From an uncultured Candidatus Binatia bacterium (GTDB lineage Bacteria; Desulfobacterota; Binatia; UBA9968; JAJDTQ01): a DNA stretch of 64,000 nt. Location: NCBI GenBank assembly GCA_964291295.2, contig OZ219754.1:384001-448000 (forward strand), written 5' to 3'. The notes under the pieces were generated by a model that did not search any database, had not been told where the DNA came from, and worked only from the letters and a program-made list of their open reading frames with translations. The position numbers and the translations under genes are program-made. Shown one piece after another: positions 21,551 to 30,362 of this stretch. The first letter of the stretch is position 1. The number at the start of each line of letters is the position of its first letter.

Positions 21551-23971
21551 CTAGGTCTCGACCGGCCGGCCGCCGGCAGCGCCCTCCGGCAATTCACCCC
21601 CAAGGGCCTCCTCGGGTTTCTTGGGATCCTCCCCGGCCGCGATCAATGCTTCCCACGCCTCCTCCGCTTCCTTTGTTCGGCCCTCGTCGCCCTGAAGCTC
21701 TGCGCCATGCAAGTACCAGGCCAACATCCATTTATCGAGCGTGGACGGTGGACCAAATCTGGCGAACGCCTGGTCCAGCAGCGCATCCCGCGTCGTCACG
21801 GGCTGCTTCAGCTTCTGACTCAGCCGGGCCTTGAGCACGAGATACGGGGGGCGAGGATCGGTCGTTTCCTCAAGGGTGTGCATCGCCTCGGTGAACTTTC
21901 CCCGACGTTCCTGCGCCAGCGCCAGATTGAACAACGGCCCGTCCCAACCCGGCGACAGCCTCGCGGCCTCTCGATAAAGCTTCTCCTCACGCTCGTGGTC
22001 GGCCATCTCACCGCAGATCATGGCCATCCGGTTGAGCCGCTCCGCTGCCGGGGCGTCCCGGTTGACCGCGGCCAGCAGGTGAAGCGCCTTTTCCCGGTTG
22101 CCCAACTCCGCCTCCAGCCTGGCGACCCTGTCCACGGTCCTTCGTTTCTGCACCTCCGTCAACGACTCGGTCCGCAAGCGTTCTTCCAGCTCGAGGATTT
22201 CGTCTCGCCTGGCGTTGGGATTCACGACGCTGGTCAGGGGATTCTCGATGGAAGCCTCGAAACCGCCGCGCTCGGGATCATCCGCCAAGGCAAGGTCGAG
22301 ATGCAGTACCTGATTGGCATCCATGCGATAGCGCAGGCGCAGCCCGTCACCTTTCTCGACAATCGGACGAATGGTCCAGAGTCTGCGCATCAGAAGCTTG
22401 CCGTTGCCGCCGCGCAGTTCGACGCGCAACGTCACGGCTTCGGTCAGACCGGTCACGGGCACCTTCAAGCCGGTGTTCTCCGCCCAGGCGCCGTTGGCGG
22501 GAAAGGGGAGCTCGGCTCCTTCCTTGATCAGCGGCACCCGACCGTCCCGGGTCTCGATATCGATGCTGTCCGAAGACACCGGCCCGACCATGCCGCGACC
22601 GCACAGAGCCAAGGCCATGGCATGCCATGCCGCGCCTTGAGCCACGGCCGTCTGCGTACTCTCGCGGTCGTCGAAATGCAGCACCTGCGCGTTGGGGAAG
22701 AAGTGCTCGACCGCCGCCACCACCTGCGGGATCAGACTGCTGCCGCCCACCAGCAGGCAGTCGTCGACCTCACCCGGCTCCATGCGTGCCCGCTCCAGCA
22801 CGTCCCGCAGCGGTGCAAAGATGGAACAGAGCGACTGGTACTCCGTGTCCCGGGGGTGGAGCATGTCACGGTCGAGAAACGGTTGCAGCACACGTTCGAA
22901 CTGGTCCGCGCTCAGCGTCGGCGACTGAAGTTTCAGTGTCGTGCCGTCCCGCAGGGAACAGGGATAGACGTTCGGGGTCCGCTGCACCAGGACGGACCGC
23001 CGCTCCTGGTAGCGACCAAGCTGCTGGAGCCGGGTGATTTCCCGGCACAGATTCGTCTTCAAGGCCTCCGCGGCGCCCAGGAGTGACGGGATCACGGACC
23101 GGGCCTTGTCGTCGTAGTCCAGGCGGTGGGGATCAAGATCATTCTGCTTGATCAACTGAGGGAGCAGAACCTCCAGCACGATGGCGCGGTCGATGTCACC
23201 GCCGCCCAGCCGATGGTAGCGGGAAACCGCAAGCGGCGCGGCCCCCACCGGCGCACCGGGGGCGTCGGGCGGCAGCAGACGAAACAGGGCAACGTCGCAG
23301 GTGCCTCCGCCAAAGTCGAACACCAACAGCCGCTGCGGCGACGATGCCGTGAACACCTCTTTTCCATGTGCCACCAGGTAGGCGACAAAAGCCGCGATGG
23401 GCTCGTCCAGGAGGGCGCCCTCCGCCAGTTCGATTCCCGCCAGCCTGGACGCCTCGAATGTGTCGCGCCGCTGAGCGGCCTGAAACGCCGCCGGAATGGT
23501 GACCACGGTGGCCGCAACCGGCGTGTCGGACTCGCTCATCGCCGCGTCCATCAGGAACTTCAAGAGATGGCCGCCCACCTCGCTGGCTGAACGGAATCCT
23601 GCCGGAGCCTTGTGGTAAGTCCGGCGAACGCCGATGTCGTTCTTGCACTCCCAGAACAGGTTTCGATTCTGCTCCAGGCCGTATTCGGCCGGACGGGCGC
23701 GCAGCCCCTTTGCGCCCTCGCCCACCAGAAGCCGTCCTTCGTGCAGTGCAAGAACCGATGGCACGACGGCGTGGATGAAAGGGCCTTGGAGGGTCTCCTG
23801 CTCGACTTCGAGACAGCGCACCTCGGGCAACTCCATGGAGCCCGGAACCGCGACAATTTCGGCGATCTCCGAATTGGTCGTGCCCAAGTCCATGCCGACG
23901 ACACGGACCGGTTCGACCGGCAGCCGGATCCGAGCATCGCGCGGCATGATCAGCGTCAGTGACTTGCTCAC
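21551..23971 (-). CDS. Divergent Hsp70-family ATPase with C-terminal TPR-like repeats
   Basis: GMDLGTTNS, DEPIAA, FDFGGGTCD, LGGGDID, LVGGSSLIP and AVAQGAA. The C-terminus is helical and TPR-like (LYREAARLSPGWDGPLFNLALAQERRGKFTEA). Confidence 0.85.
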   Translation of the reverse strand: MSKSLTLIMPRDARIRLPVEPVRVVGMDLGTTNSEIAEIVAVPGSMELPEVRCLEVEQETLQGPFIHAVVPSVLALHEGRLLVGEGAKGLRARPAEYGLEQNRNLFWECKNDIGVRRTYHKAPAGFRSASEVGGHLLKFLMDAAMSESDTPVAATVVTIPAAFQAAQRRDTFEASRLAGIELAEGALLDEPIAAFVAYLVAHGKEVFTASSPQRLLVFDFGGGTCDVALFRLLPPDAPGAPVGAAPLAVSRYHRLGGGDIDRAIVLEVLLPQLIKQNDLDPHRLDYDDKARSVIPSLLGAAEALKTNLCREITRLQQLGRYQERRSVLVQRTPNVYPCSLRDGTTLKLQSPTLSADQFERVLQPFLDRDMLHPRDTEYQSLCSIFAPLRDVLERARMEPGEVDDCLLVGGSSLIPQVVAAVEHFFPNAQVLHFDDRESTQTAVAQGAAWHAMALALCGRGMVGPVSSDSIDIETRDGRVPLIKEGAELPFPANGAWAENTGLKVPVTGLTEAVTLRVELRGGNGKLLMRRLWTIRPIVEKGDGLRLRYRMDANQVLHLDLALADDPERGGFEASIENPLTSVVNPNARRDEILELEERLRTESLTEVQKRRTVDRVARLEAELGNREKALHLLAAVNRDAPAAERLNRMAMICGEMADHEREEKLYREAARLSPGWDGPLFNLALAQERRGKFTEAMHTLEETTDPRPPYLVLKARLSQKLKQPVTTRDALLDQAFARFGPPSTLDKWMLAWYLHGAELQGDEGRTKEAEEAWEALIAAGEDPKKPEEALGGELPEGAAGGRPVET

Positions 23972-24304
23972 GGGTATATTGTCCCGGTTCTGTGGTTATC
24001 CCGCCGTATCGGCCCGCCATCTGCAACACGGGAAGTCGGGCGTTCTACGGTTGGACACGGTACTCGTCGAGGACAAGGTACTCGTTGCGTGTCTGGCAGT
24101 CCAGCGAGGTACGGAGTTGTTGACGAAAAGTTCATGGTTGGCGAGGCCCGGGGCCAAGGCGAGACGGTGAGGGGTACGTCGTCGAAGTGGTATTGGAATC
24201 GCTTCGCGTTTTCAGGCTCACTCTCAGGCTCACTTTGCATTGGACAAGACGGGACGTTTACTTGAGGTTCGGGGAATGCTAACCTGTAAAGACTGCAACA
24301 GAGT

Positions 24305-24380
24305 GGGGCCGTAGCTCAGCTGGGAGAGCGCTAGGTTCGCAATCTAGAGGTCGTGGGTTCGATCCCCATCGGCTCCACCA
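24305..24380 (+). tRNA. tRNA-Ala (anticodon CGC)
   Basis: 76-nt cloverleaf GGGGCCG...CGGCTCCACCA with the G3:U70 Ala determinant, anticodon loop TT-CGC-AA, GGTTCGATCCC T-arm and encoded CCA. Confidence 0.97.
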
Positions 24381-24451
24381 TCGCCTTCTTCCTCGAACCC
24401 CCCTTCCCCGAGACTCTTTATACTCAGACCCTTCTTCCTGAGAATCGAAGG

Positions 24452-24485
24452 CTGCCAATCGGTGGTGACTGCCAATCGGTGGTGA
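24452..24485. repeat. Perfect 17-bp tandem duplication CTGCCAATCGGTGGTGA x2
   Basis: Directly visible downstream of the tRNA. Confidence 0.9.
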
Positions 24486-24629
24486 TTTTTCGGGGCGTGA
24501 CCGGTGTGTGTAGCCGAAGACGTGACGCCTGCAGATTCACGCCTGGCTGACCGCCGCCCCGGTGCCGCACGCCCCGCCGCCGGCACTTCGCTCATTCCGA
24601 CCCGCGGGAATGGCGGGCGAGCGGCGGGG

Positions 24630-25316
24630 CTAACGCGACGCTTCGGTGAGGGTCCGGATCAGTTCGTCCGCCTGCGGGTTCCTGTACTTTCTCCGCAGCA
24701 GGATATCCCTGGGCGAGACATCGGGCTGTCCGTAGTAGATCTGATTGTCGCTCCGGCTGATGGAGACGATGCCGCCCTCGATGGCCACCCCCGCGAACAG
24801 CCCCTTGATGCGGGAGAACGAGAAGATGTCGAAAATCTCGGCCTTGGCGCCGACCCCTTCGGGTCCCACGCTGATGCTCGCGTCCGCGCCGAGCTTGAAC
24901 TTGTCCTTCAGGAACCGCCTCAAGCCTCCCTCGGTCATGATCATGAGAATGACCTGACTACCCGCCGCCCCGAACTGAAGACCAAAGGAGGCGGAACCCA
25001 CATCGTAGAAGGCCGGATTGCTCCACGTACCCGCGGCGTCCTGGGCCAGCAGCACCCCCTTGCCTCCCGAACCGCCGATGAAGAAGCCCCCCTTGAACAG
25101 GAGCGGCATGATGAGAAGTCCCTTGGCATAACGCACGTTTTGCCGGAACCACGTCATCCGGACATCCCTCTGGAAGTCCCGAAACGTGAACCGGGCCTTG
25201 GTCACCCGCTGGGCGAGATCCTCCTCGGTGAGTTGCGAGCCCGTCGGCTGCGCACCCGACGGGGCCGCGGACAACACCGCGAACAGCACGGCAAACGCTG
25301 CCAGGAACTTGTGCAT
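24630..25316 (-). CDS. Secreted lipid-binding SYLF (Ysc84) domain protein
   Basis: Signal peptide, then KGGFFIGGSGGKGVL, WSNPAF, SFGLQFG, KLGADASISVGP and KGLFAGVAIEG. Confidence 0.88.
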   Translation of the reverse strand: MHKFLAAFAVLFAVLSAAPSGAQPTGSQLTEEDLAQRVTKARFTFRDFQRDVRMTWFRQNVRYAKGLLIMPLLFKGGFFIGGSGGKGVLLAQDAAGTWSNPAFYDVGSASFGLQFGAAGSQVILMIMTEGGLRRFLKDKFKLGADASISVGPEGVGAKAEIFDIFSFSRIKGLFAGVAIEGGIVSISRSDNQIYYGQPDVSPRDILLRRKYRNPQADELIRTLTEASR

Positions 25317-25623
25317 GGGACATCTCTTTCCGGTCGGCGAGCGGTCGGTCATCAAGATCATCGTCTCGGCTCCCCTTCTCAACTCCCCATCTCCCCTGCC
25401 CCCGTTATCGCTCCGCAACCGGACCCCGCCTTGGGGGACCATCTCCATCTCCGCTTCAAGATTAACATGCCGGGCCGGGATGGGAAACGAGACCGGCCTC
25501 TCCGACGGTGCCTTCACCGGGGCCGGCAAGGTGCTCGCGGGCAAGAGCGGGAGGGGTGCGGGCAAGCCGAACTCCGGTTCCGGCACCACCCCCGGGCGTC
25601 AACGTCGCACTCCCGAACCCTGC

Positions 25624-25652
25624 TTGAAACTTTACGACTTTCCACGCATAAA
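25624..25652 (+). promoter_or_regulatory. Putative sigma70 promoter TTGAAA-N17-CATAAA
   Basis: Correct 17-bp spacing. The same -10 variant occurs in TTGACA-N17-CATAAA upstream of tctA. Confidence 0.55.
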
Positions 25653-25658
25653 GGAAGC

Positions 25659-25791
25659 GCGACAGTCGCCGTAGGTGCCCGTATGTCGGGTTACCTGCTG
25701 AATACAAAAGCTCCCTGTACCCGGCAAGGGGTAGCTCCCCAAGCCCGAGTGAATAGGCAGGACTCTCACCGTACCTACGTGTGACTGTCGC
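25659..25791 (+). ncRNA. Candidate structured RNA (cis-regulatory leader or small RNA), family unassigned
   Basis: Terminal helix GCGACAGTCG-C-CGTAGGTGC / GTACCTACG-TG-TGACTGTCGC with two G.U pairs that work only on the + strand, plus internal helices. It begins ~6 nt after the putative -10. Confidence 0.55.
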
Positions 25792-25842
25792 AACGGCCCG
25801 GCAATCCCGCCAGGCCGCGGTCCTTGTACAAGGAGGATTCGC

Positions 25843-26748
25843 ATGTTGCGTTCTGTGTGCACGCTTGGTGTCGTACTGTTTCTTGCGGCCTGCGGAGGTG
25901 GCGGCGGCTCGGCACCGCTGCCCACAGTGGACCTAACCACGCCGCGTCTCACCGGCCTCCAGCCGCCGAGCTTCTCCGATGCTCAGATCCTGCCCATGGC
26001 CAATGCCGTCCTCGCAAGGTCGGACTCGGTGACCGTCAGTGATCTCGCCAGTGCTCAAGGAGGGGGGGAGGCATTCTACCCAACCTTGTGCAGCAGCAAG
26101 ACGACTTGTGTCACCAACCTTGGCAGCGGGACAAGCGTTACCTGGGACATCCGTGACGCCAGAGATATCGGCTTGGACAGCAATCTCAATTACTCGGGAG
26201 TGGGCGAGAAGCATGGCGTTTCCCTCGCTCAGTCCCAGGGAAGAACCACCCTTTTCAGCTTTCCCGCCGACAGTACGGCCTATGCCGGGTTGCTTGATCA
26301 CAGCATGTTCGGCGTCAGTCTTGATAGGATTGTCAGCGGCACATTCCAAGGCGTGAACCTGAGCGGAATAGAGGTGGCCTACAGCGTCTCCGGCGGCAAC
26401 GACACCGGCTCAAGGCCCGTTGGAAGCGCGACATGGCAAGGCATCATGGTGGGCGGCACCGGGGGTTTCGACAATCCGCAGTGGATCCAGGGGGATGCGA
26501 ACGTCACCTGGCACCTTGACCAGAGTACCGTGGACGTGGCCTTCACCGACGTCCACAACCTGGCTACCAGGGCGCGTATCACCGACATGCGGTGGTCCGG
26601 TGTTCCGGTAGGATCGGATGGCTCGTTCAGGCAGGAGACGGCCGCACGGGATATCGAAGGCCGGTTCTACGGCCCAGGCCATGCGGAGGTCGGTGGAATC
26701 TTTGCCCATCCCAATGCCATCGGGGCTTTCGGGGCCAAGAAGCAGTAG
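25843..26748 (+). CDS. Surface lipoprotein with transferrin-binding-protein-like (TbpB) C-terminal beta-barrel
   Basis: Lipobox LAAC-GGGGGS, GSATWQGIMVG and C-terminal IEGRFYGPGHAEVGGIF...IGAFGAKK. AGGAGG RBS. Confidence 0.8.
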   Translation: MLRSVCTLGVVLFLAACGGGGGSAPLPTVDLTTPRLTGLQPPSFSDAQILPMANAVLARSDSVTVSDLASAQGGGEAFYPTLCSSKTTCVTNLGSGTSVTWDIRDARDIGLDSNLNYSGVGEKHGVSLAQSQGRTTLFSFPADSTAYAGLLDHSMFGVSLDRIVSGTFQGVNLSGIEVAYSVSGGNDTGSRPVGSATWQGIMVGGTGGFDNPQWIQGDANVTWHLDQSTVDVAFTDVHNLATRARITDMRWSGVPVGSDGSFRQETAARDIEGRFYGPGHAEVGGIFAHPNAIGAFGAKKQ

Positions 26749-26766
26749 CTGCCGTGGGGTTCCGAG

Positions 26767-26813
26767 AACGGAGGTGGGGCGGCAGGCTGGAACCCGGCTG
26801 CCCCACCTCCGTT
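26767..26813. terminator. Strong 17-bp hairpin between convergent genes (possible bidirectional terminator or REP-like element)
   Basis: AACGGAGGTGGGGCGGC / GCTGCCCCACCTCCGTT inverted repeat. Confidence 0.55.
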
Positions 26814-26936
26814 GAAGAGCCGGAAGAACGGGTGGTCCAACCGCGACGCCAATCCCTTCTCCACGGCGTCGGCGGCCGCCGCCGTCCCGGAAACGATCCG
26901 GTCCGGGACTGGACGAACGCGCGGCCGCCCGCGGCC

Positions 26937-27785
26937 CTATGAATGCGCCCGGGTGAACTCCAGCGTGCGTTCGCACACGTTCGCGGTAGTCTGTTCCGGC
27001 GGCATGACGTTCCAGAACTCCCGTTTGGGCAGACATTCGCGCAGGTAGTGGGCTCCCGAGGTGGCGTGGGACGGATCGTCACCCGGCATGATGACGGCCG
27101 GGGCCTTGATGCCCATGATCTCTTCGGGCATGGCACCGGTGGCCGTGTCGCGGTCGAACAGGCCGGGGCCGCTGGCGGCGATGATGCCCATGTAACGCTC
27201 CGGATCCTGGGCCGCGAACTGCTCGGCAAACCCGCTGTCCCGGGCGATGACCGAGGCCCAAGGGCCGGACTCCGGGTCGGTCCAGAAAGTCGTCCCCCGG
27301 GACGCCCGCTCCACCACGCCCTGGAGACCGTTCTCGCGCACGAAGTTCAGGTGGGTGGCGAAGCGCGCCTGGCTCGCCGTCTTCCAGCGGTATCCACCCA
27401 CCGGCCAGTGCAGGATCATGCCGCGCGTGGCCTCCGGGAAGTTGACGCCGAAAGAGAGCGCCACGGAACAGCCCATGCACCCCCCCATGACAAAGGCCGA
27501 ATCGATTCCCAGATGGTCCAGAAGCTGTTTGCCCTGGCGCGCATAGGCGGTCCACGTGAGGCGTTCCACCCGTCCGCCGGACCGCCCCGCCTCGCGCCGG
27601 TCGTAGGCGATGACCTGATGCTCCGAGCCCAGCCTGGCCAAGGCGTCGATGCCGGTCCAGGCGCTGGCGACGCGCCATTTCTCGATGGTGGAATCGAACC
27701 CGCCCGGGGCCAACATCAACAACGGCGTCCCGGAGCCAGCAGTCTCGTAATGGATCTCGATACCGTCAATGACCGCAGTCGCCAT
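26937..27785 (-). CDS. Alpha/beta-fold hydrolase
   Basis: IHYETAGSG, YDRREAGRS, nucleophile elbow GGCMG and GDDPSH. Confidence 0.85.
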   Translation of the reverse strand: MATAVIDGIEIHYETAGSGTPLLMLAPGGFDSTIEKWRVASAWTGIDALARLGSEHQVIAYDRREAGRSGGRVERLTWTAYARQGKQLLDHLGIDSAFVMGGCMGCSVALSFGVNFPEATRGMILHWPVGGYRWKTASQARFATHLNFVRENGLQGVVERASRGTTFWTDPESGPWASVIARDSGFAEQFAAQDPERYMGIIAASGPGLFDRDTATGAMPEEIMGIKAPAVIMPGDDPSHATSGAHYLRECLPKREFWNVMPPEQTTANVCERTLEFTRAHS

Positions 27786-28249
27786 GAATATTCCCCCGAA
27801 TACTCCCCGCGACAATCCCCCGCGACCCTTGAGCGCGCGCGGAGCACTCGTTGGCCCGCCTGTTCACGATCCTGCCTCAGGATTAGCCCAACTGCGGAAA
27901 CCAGTCAAATAGATGCCGTTCGCTGCGTCCTGCCTCTTTCGAGACCTTCGCGCAGTCCCGCCGCCTCGGAACTTCCGCCGTCGACCGGGTTCCAGAGCAT
28001 GTCTTCACGGGAACCACGAGTCACGGGCTGTCCACGAACCCGGAGCCGTCGTTGATCGAGGGATAATCAATAGTCTCCATAGTCGCGGGCAGGGATACGG
28101 GAGAGGAAGATGGTGCAGGGGGTGAGGGCTTTCGTGGGAGTCGGTTCCGGATTCGTTGTCGACAAGGTGATCGTGTCGGCGCCATCCCCCACCACACACA
28201 ACCCCGTCCCTCACCCTGATCACCAGACGACAAAAACCGGCCGTGGTCG

Positions 28250-28279
28250 TTGACCCTGCTGCGTACCCGGGCCTATAAT
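28250..28279 (+). promoter_or_regulatory. Putative sigma70 promoter TTGACC-N18-TATAAT
   Basis: Near-consensus hexamers ~40 bp upstream of the ATG at 28321. Confidence 0.55.
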
Positions 28280-28320
28280 CCCGTCCGAGGGCGCCGTCGC
28301 CGGTGCCACGGAGGGAATCC

Positions 28321-29250
28321 ATGCTGATCGACTGGCATTCGCACCACACCGCGCCGGAACTGGCAAACGCATTTCGGCTGAAGACGGGCAAGACGCCGAA
28401 GGTCGACGCTTGCGATTCAGACAACTTCGAGAAGCGGCTCGGCGAACTGGACGAAGCGGGCATCGACTTCCAGCTGGTTTGCCAGGGTGCCGCCGAGGAT
28501 GCGGACCAGCTTGATGCGGCGGACGCCATGGAGATGGCGCGGCTGTCCAACGATGTCCTCGCCCGGCGCATCGCCGGGCACACCGACCGGTTTGGCGGCA
28601 TCACCGCCCTGTCCCTCAAGAATGTGGCGGATTCGGTGGCGGAGATCGAACGCATGGCATCCCGGGGCTTCAAGGCGGTGCTCCTCTACCCGCGGGTGGA
28701 CGGCGAGATGAAGGTCGACCTGCCGGAGCTCGATCCCGTGTTTGCCAAGGCGGCCGAACTGGACCTGCCGCTCTTCCTCCATGGCAGCGGCGGCGCCAAG
28801 GACCCCACGCTCCAGCGGCTGGAGGACGGCGGTGCCGGAGTCGCCTACAGCGTATTGTCGGACGCCAGCGTCAACGAATGCGTCATGCGCATGATCGCCA
28901 GCGGTCTCTTCGACCGCCATCCGGGTCTGAGGGTGGTGATACGCAGCGGCGGCGGCGGCATCCCGCTGCTGGTTCAGCGAATGTCCTGGATGCACAAGGG
29001 CCCGCACGGCCAGAAGCGTTACGCCGACATCTTCCTCGAACACTTCCGCATCGACACGGCCAGCGTCAAGCCCGAGGCCGTGCCCTTCCTCACCCGCGTC
29101 ATGGGCTCCGGCGGCATGGTCTTCGGCTCGGACTACTGCGGCGGGCTGGGCCCCCTCAAAAGGGCGCTGGCAGTGGTGGACACGCAGGAGAACGCGCGCG
29201 AATTCCGCTCCTGGACAGAGCGAAACTCCCGCGAACTGCTGCATCTCTGA
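28321..29250 (+). CDS. Amidohydrolase_2 family protein
   Basis: IDWHSHH, LPLFLHG, GLFDRHPGLRV and VFGSDY. Confidence 0.82.
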   Translation: MLIDWHSHHTAPELANAFRLKTGKTPKVDACDSDNFEKRLGELDEAGIDFQLVCQGAAEDADQLDAADAMEMARLSNDVLARRIAGHTDRFGGITALSLKNVADSVAEIERMASRGFKAVLLYPRVDGEMKVDLPELDPVFAKAAELDLPLFLHGSGGAKDPTLQRLEDGGAGVAYSVLSDASVNECVMRMIASGLFDRHPGLRVVIRSGGGGIPLLVQRMSWMHKGPHGQKRYADIFLEHFRIDTASVKPEAVPFLTRVMGSGGMVFGSDYCGGLGPLKRALAVVDTQENAREFRSWTERNSRELLHL

Positions 29251-29290
29251 GAGTCTCCGAGAGAGGGACGCTGCGGACACCGCCCCCGCC

Positions 29291-29677
29291 CTACTCCTTC
29301 CGGGTGGTCAACTCGATCTTGTAGCCGTCGGGGTCCTCGACGAATGCGATGACGCCGCCGCCGTGTTTCATGGGGCCGGCGTCGCGCGTAATCCGGACCC
29401 CCTTCCGGCGCAGGTCGTCGCAGGTGGCGTACACGTCGGGCACCCCGATGGCGATGTGTCCGAAGCCGTCGCCGATATTGTACTCGTGGGTGTCCCAGTT
29501 GCAGGTCAGCTCGATGACCGCCGTATCGTCCTCGGAGCCGTACCCCACGAAAGTATTGGTGAAGCGGCCGGACTCGTAGTCCTTTCTCTTCAGCACCCGC
29601 ATCCCCAGTCCGTCGCAATAGAACTTGAGGCTCTCGTCCAGATGGCCGACCCGAAGCATGGTGTGCACGATTCTCAT
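29291..29677 (-). CDS. gloA: Lactoylglutathione lyase (glyoxalase I)
   Basis: HTMLRV, IELTCNW, GFGHIAI and FVEDPDGYKIEL. Confidence 0.92.
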   Translation of the reverse strand: MRIVHTMLRVGHLDESLKFYCDGLGMRVLKRKDYESGRFTNTFVGYGSEDDTAVIELTCNWDTHEYNIGDGFGHIAIGVPDVYATCDDLRRKGVRITRDAGPMKHGGGVIAFVEDPDGYKIELTTRKE

Positions 29678-30354
29678 CCCATTCTCCTCTCCCGGTCTCC
29701 TTTCTCGGGACCGACATCCCCACCCCCGGGGCGCACGGCCTGGTGGCGAAACGGCGCGGGGCGGGCCACCGCCTCCCGAATCTCCCAGCCCCCGGATGGG
29801 GTGAAGCACAGGTGGCTGAAGTCGCAGGGCTTCAGGTGAAAGGTCCGGTACTGGTTCAACGGCGTCCGGCTGATGCGGCACAGCGTGGCAAGAATCGGGA
29901 AACTGTGGCTGACCACGACGATGGCGTCCTCGCCGTCGTGATTCTCCACGATGCGGTTGAGGGCGGACCAGACCCGGCGGTCCACGTCCATCAGCCGCTC
30001 TCCTCCCGGCAGCCGGACAGCCGCGGGTTCCGAGCGCCAGCGCTCGATGAACCCCTCGAACTTCTCCCGCACCTCGATGAACGTCAGGCCCTCCATCTCG
30101 CCGTGGTCGAGCTCGCGGAGGTCGGGCTCGATGTTCACGGGCGCCTCATGGGGCCGGCCGACGATCTCGGCGGTTTGCCGGGCGCGCCGCAGGTCGCTGG
30201 AGTAGACCGCATGGATACGGCGGCGGCTCAGATGCGCGGCGACCTCGCCGGCCTGCCGGTGGCCGGTCTCGTTGAGATCGATGTCCGAGCTCCCCTGGCA
30301 TCGACCCTGCCGATTCCAGTCGGTCTCGCCGTGGCGTAGCAGGAAGATCTGCAT
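29674..30354 (-). CDS. Histidine phosphatase / phosphoglycerate mutase family
   Basis: LRHGETDWN, SSDLRRARQTA, LRELDHG and VVSH. Confidence 0.9.
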   Translation of the reverse strand: MQIFLLRHGETDWNRQGRCQGSSDIDLNETGHRQAGEVAAHLSRRRIHAVYSSDLRRARQTAEIVGRPHEAPVNIEPDLRELDHGEMEGLTFIEVREKFEGFIERWRSEPAAVRLPGGERLMDVDRRVWSALNRIVENHDGEDAIVVVSHSFPILATLCRISRTPLNQYRTFHLKPCDFSHLCFTPSGGWEIREAVARPAPFRHQAVRPGGGDVGPEKGDRERRMG

Positions 30355-30362
30355 GCGGCGCG

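Noticed and set aside
21551-23971. Calling the Hsp70 gene dnaK or hscA
   Set aside because: It lacks the canonical linker and substrate-binding signatures, has a TPR-like tail, and has no dnaJ/grpE/hscB neighbours.
24305-24380. tRNA-Ala as attachment site of an intact integrative element
   Set aside because: No integrase is in the window and I saw no duplicated tRNA 3' end by eye. The Hsp70/helicase pair lies on the 5' side, so island status remains inference.
25659-25791. Structured RNA as a retron msr-msd or pistol ribozyme
   Set aside because: No reverse transcriptase is nearby, and only a superficial AAGCCC resemblance to pistol exists without its full architecture. It is left unassigned.
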